Shown in pieces: positions 33,677 to 34,805 of a DNA stretch of 34,805 nt. Source of the DNA: Candidatus Pacearchaeota archaeon. GTDB lineage: Archaea > Nanobdellota > Nanobdellia > Pacearchaeales > GW2011-AR1. Numbering within the stretch: position 1 is the stretch's first letter; every line of letters starts with the position of its first letter. Both the position numbers and the translations under genes were made by a program. The notes beneath the pieces are model-generated. The model saw only the letters and a program-made list of their open reading frames with translations. It did not search any database and was not told where the DNA came from. The stretch is taken from positions 1-34,805 of the forward strand of contig JAGLIS010000002.1 of the NCBI GenBank assembly GCA_023142835.1, in the 5' to 3' direction.

Positions 33677-33757
33677 GCTCACATCGCATAATGGTATTGC
33701 ACCGCTCTGCTAAGGCGGACCCTTCGGGGTACCCCGGTTCGATTCCGGGTGTGAGCG
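33677..33757 (+). tRNA. tRNA-Ser (anticodon GCU), 81 nt with a long variable arm
   Basis: Hand fold. Acceptor GCTCACA/TGTGAGC is perfect; anticodon stem CCGCT/GGCGG with loop CTGCTAA; variable arm ACCC-TTCG-GGGT; T stem CCCGG/CCGGG with loop TTCGATT; discriminator G. TATA-like TTTTAAAAA lies about 30 nt upstream. Confidence 0.8.
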
Positions 33758-33864
33758 TTTAGCGAACATATATCTTGAATCGAACCTTCGATGTCCGAAG
33801 AAATTGCTCGAATTTTGTCTAAAGAAAAAATAAGATTGACAAATTTTAGAGTGATTTTTGAGCA

Positions 33865-33879
33865 GGGTGTGAGCGTTTA
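33865..33879 (+). repeat. 15-bp direct repeat GGGTGTGAGCGTTTA duplicating the 3' end of tRNA-Ser (first copy 33747-33761)
   Basis: Exact match read from the sequence. The copies are 118 bp apart, start to start. Confidence 0.85.
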
Positions 33880-33890
33880 TTATTTTAAAA

Positions 33891-34682
33891 CTAAGAATTA
33901 GCTAATTCTATTATTCTTTTCAAATGTTTTTTCGCAGCCGTTCTTCCCAGCCCTATTACCCTCGACGCACTCTTAAAATCAAACGAATCAATATTTCGTG
34001 TCTTGATTTGAACAAATAATTTATTTTTCTCCTTACCTTTTCTCCGTCCAATTATTTCATTTAACATAATACCTGCCACCTCAGAAAGAATCTCAAAAGT
34101 TCCGCCACCCCGTCGATAATTAACTCTCATCGGCAACGCATTAACCGCAATAACTTTCCTCGCCTTTTCACTTGCATACCCCTCAGGCAAAGGATCAACA
34201 ACTCCCCCATCAACGAGAAGCATACCCCTCATTTTAACCGGTTGAAAAATTCCAGGTATTGAAATACTCGCACTAATACTCTTGAGCAAATCACCCTCCT
34301 CCAAATAAACTTCCTTCCCCGTCTTCAAATCCGTTGCAATCGCAGTAAACCCAACCTGAAGATTTTCTATTTTTCTATTCTCAACAAATTTTTTTATAAA
34401 CTTCTCGATTTCCTTCGTATCAGTATTCCCTCTCTTGAATTGATTTGATAAAAGAAGAGATAAAATTTTATTTTTCGAAAGCTTAAGCATTTTTTTCTTG
34501 AACTCTTTCAGTTTCCCTGCAGCATATATCCCTCCAACAAGAGCACCCATACTCGTCCCGACAATATAATCTATTTTTATGTTATTCTCTTCAAGAACTT
34601 CTAGAAACCCAATATGAGCTAAACCTCGCACACTTCCTCCAGATAAAGCAAGAGCTAACCCCCTCTTTTTCGTAAAACCCAT
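33891..34682 (-). CDS. Patatin-like phospholipase
   Basis: LALSGGSVRGLAHIGFLEVLEE (G-G-x-R/K oxyanion motif), GTSMGALVG (G-x-S-x-G) and the LVDGGVVDP Asp motif. Confidence 0.85.
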   Translation of the reverse strand: MGFTKKRGLALALSGGSVRGLAHIGFLEVLEENNIKIDYIVGTSMGALVGGIYAAGKLKEFKKKMLKLSKNKILSLLLSNQFKRGNTDTKEIEKFIKKFVENRKIENLQVGFTAIATDLKTGKEVYLEEGDLLKSISASISIPGIFQPVKMRGMLLVDGGVVDPLPEGYASEKARKVIAVNALPMRVNYRRGGGTFEILSEVAGIMLNEIIGRRKGKEKNKLFVQIKTRNIDSFDFKSASRVIGLGRTAAKKHLKRIIELANS

Positions 34683-34805
34683 AAATTATATTAAACAACA
34701 GATGTTTTAAAACTTCTTATGAAGTTAGTTTTATAAATCCCTATTTCTTCAATATATTGTAGGTCAGGTCGGCGAGCTAGCCCCTCGCTATTCGCAAATG
34801 GGCTT

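Noticed and set aside
33758-33800. A possible second tRNA or tRNA fragment on the minus strand (GGTTCGATTCAAG as the reverse complement of 33777-33789)
   Set aside because: The T-loop-like word lacks complementary flanking stems and has no acceptor or anticodon arms. It is probably a chance or relic sequence within the att-like spacer.
1-34805. CRISPR arrays, diversity-generating retroelement (TR/VR plus RT), transposases or integrases, rRNA genes, inteins in rpoB/rtcB
   Set aside because: I saw no regularly spaced repeats, no reverse transcriptase, integrase or transposase-like ORFs, and no rRNA signature sequences. RtcB and the RpoB fragment are of normal, uninterrupted length. Long-range repeat detection by eye is limited.

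Overview
AT-rich, very gene-dense archaeal window. Evidence for archaeal origin: the RNAP rpoH-rpoB pair, archease plus RtcB, Pilin_N-type class III signal peptides, TATA-like boxes about 25 nt upstream of many ATGs (leaderless mRNAs), and many 1-8 nt gene overlaps. This style fits a small-genome DPANN-like archaeon, but that is inference only. All calls come from reading the ORF translations and the DNA by eye; no searches were run.

Layout:
- 1-5.7 kb: housekeeping genes (rpoB partial, rpoH, tRNA-Lys, thymidine kinase, archease, RtcB), plus a small inverted-repeat-flanked nucleotidyltransferase cassette next to tRNA-Lys.
- 5.7-14.9 kb: the most unusual region. It holds an A24 prepilin peptidase. 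Next comes a His-Xaa-Ser (Hxs)-like radical-SAM peptide-maturation operon: two HxsD-like proteins, an rSAM/SPASM maturase, an 82-aa precursor ending HGN-HSS-HSQ-HGS-HSS-Y, and a membrane-anchored NHL propeller. This operon converges on, and overlaps at its stop codon, an operon encoding a fused double radical-SAM protein (SPASM-like plus HemN-like) and a UbiU/UbiV-like pair of U32 Fe-S proteins.
- 15-26 kb: a cell-surface and type IV pilus locus. It contains a 911-aa Cys-rich surface protein with C-x5-6-C-x-W repeats, five prepilin-like proteins, a FlaI/PilB-type ATPase, a platform protein split into two genes, and a terminal HerA/FtsK-superfamily ATPase.
- 26-34.8 kb: TatD, 2-oxoacid:ferredoxin oxidoreductase, a CofD/YvcK-like protein, a CYTH-Acs pair, a PC4-like protein, tRNA-Ser(GCU) with a duplicated 3' end, and patatin.

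No rRNA, CRISPR array, transposase, integrase or reverse transcriptase was seen.
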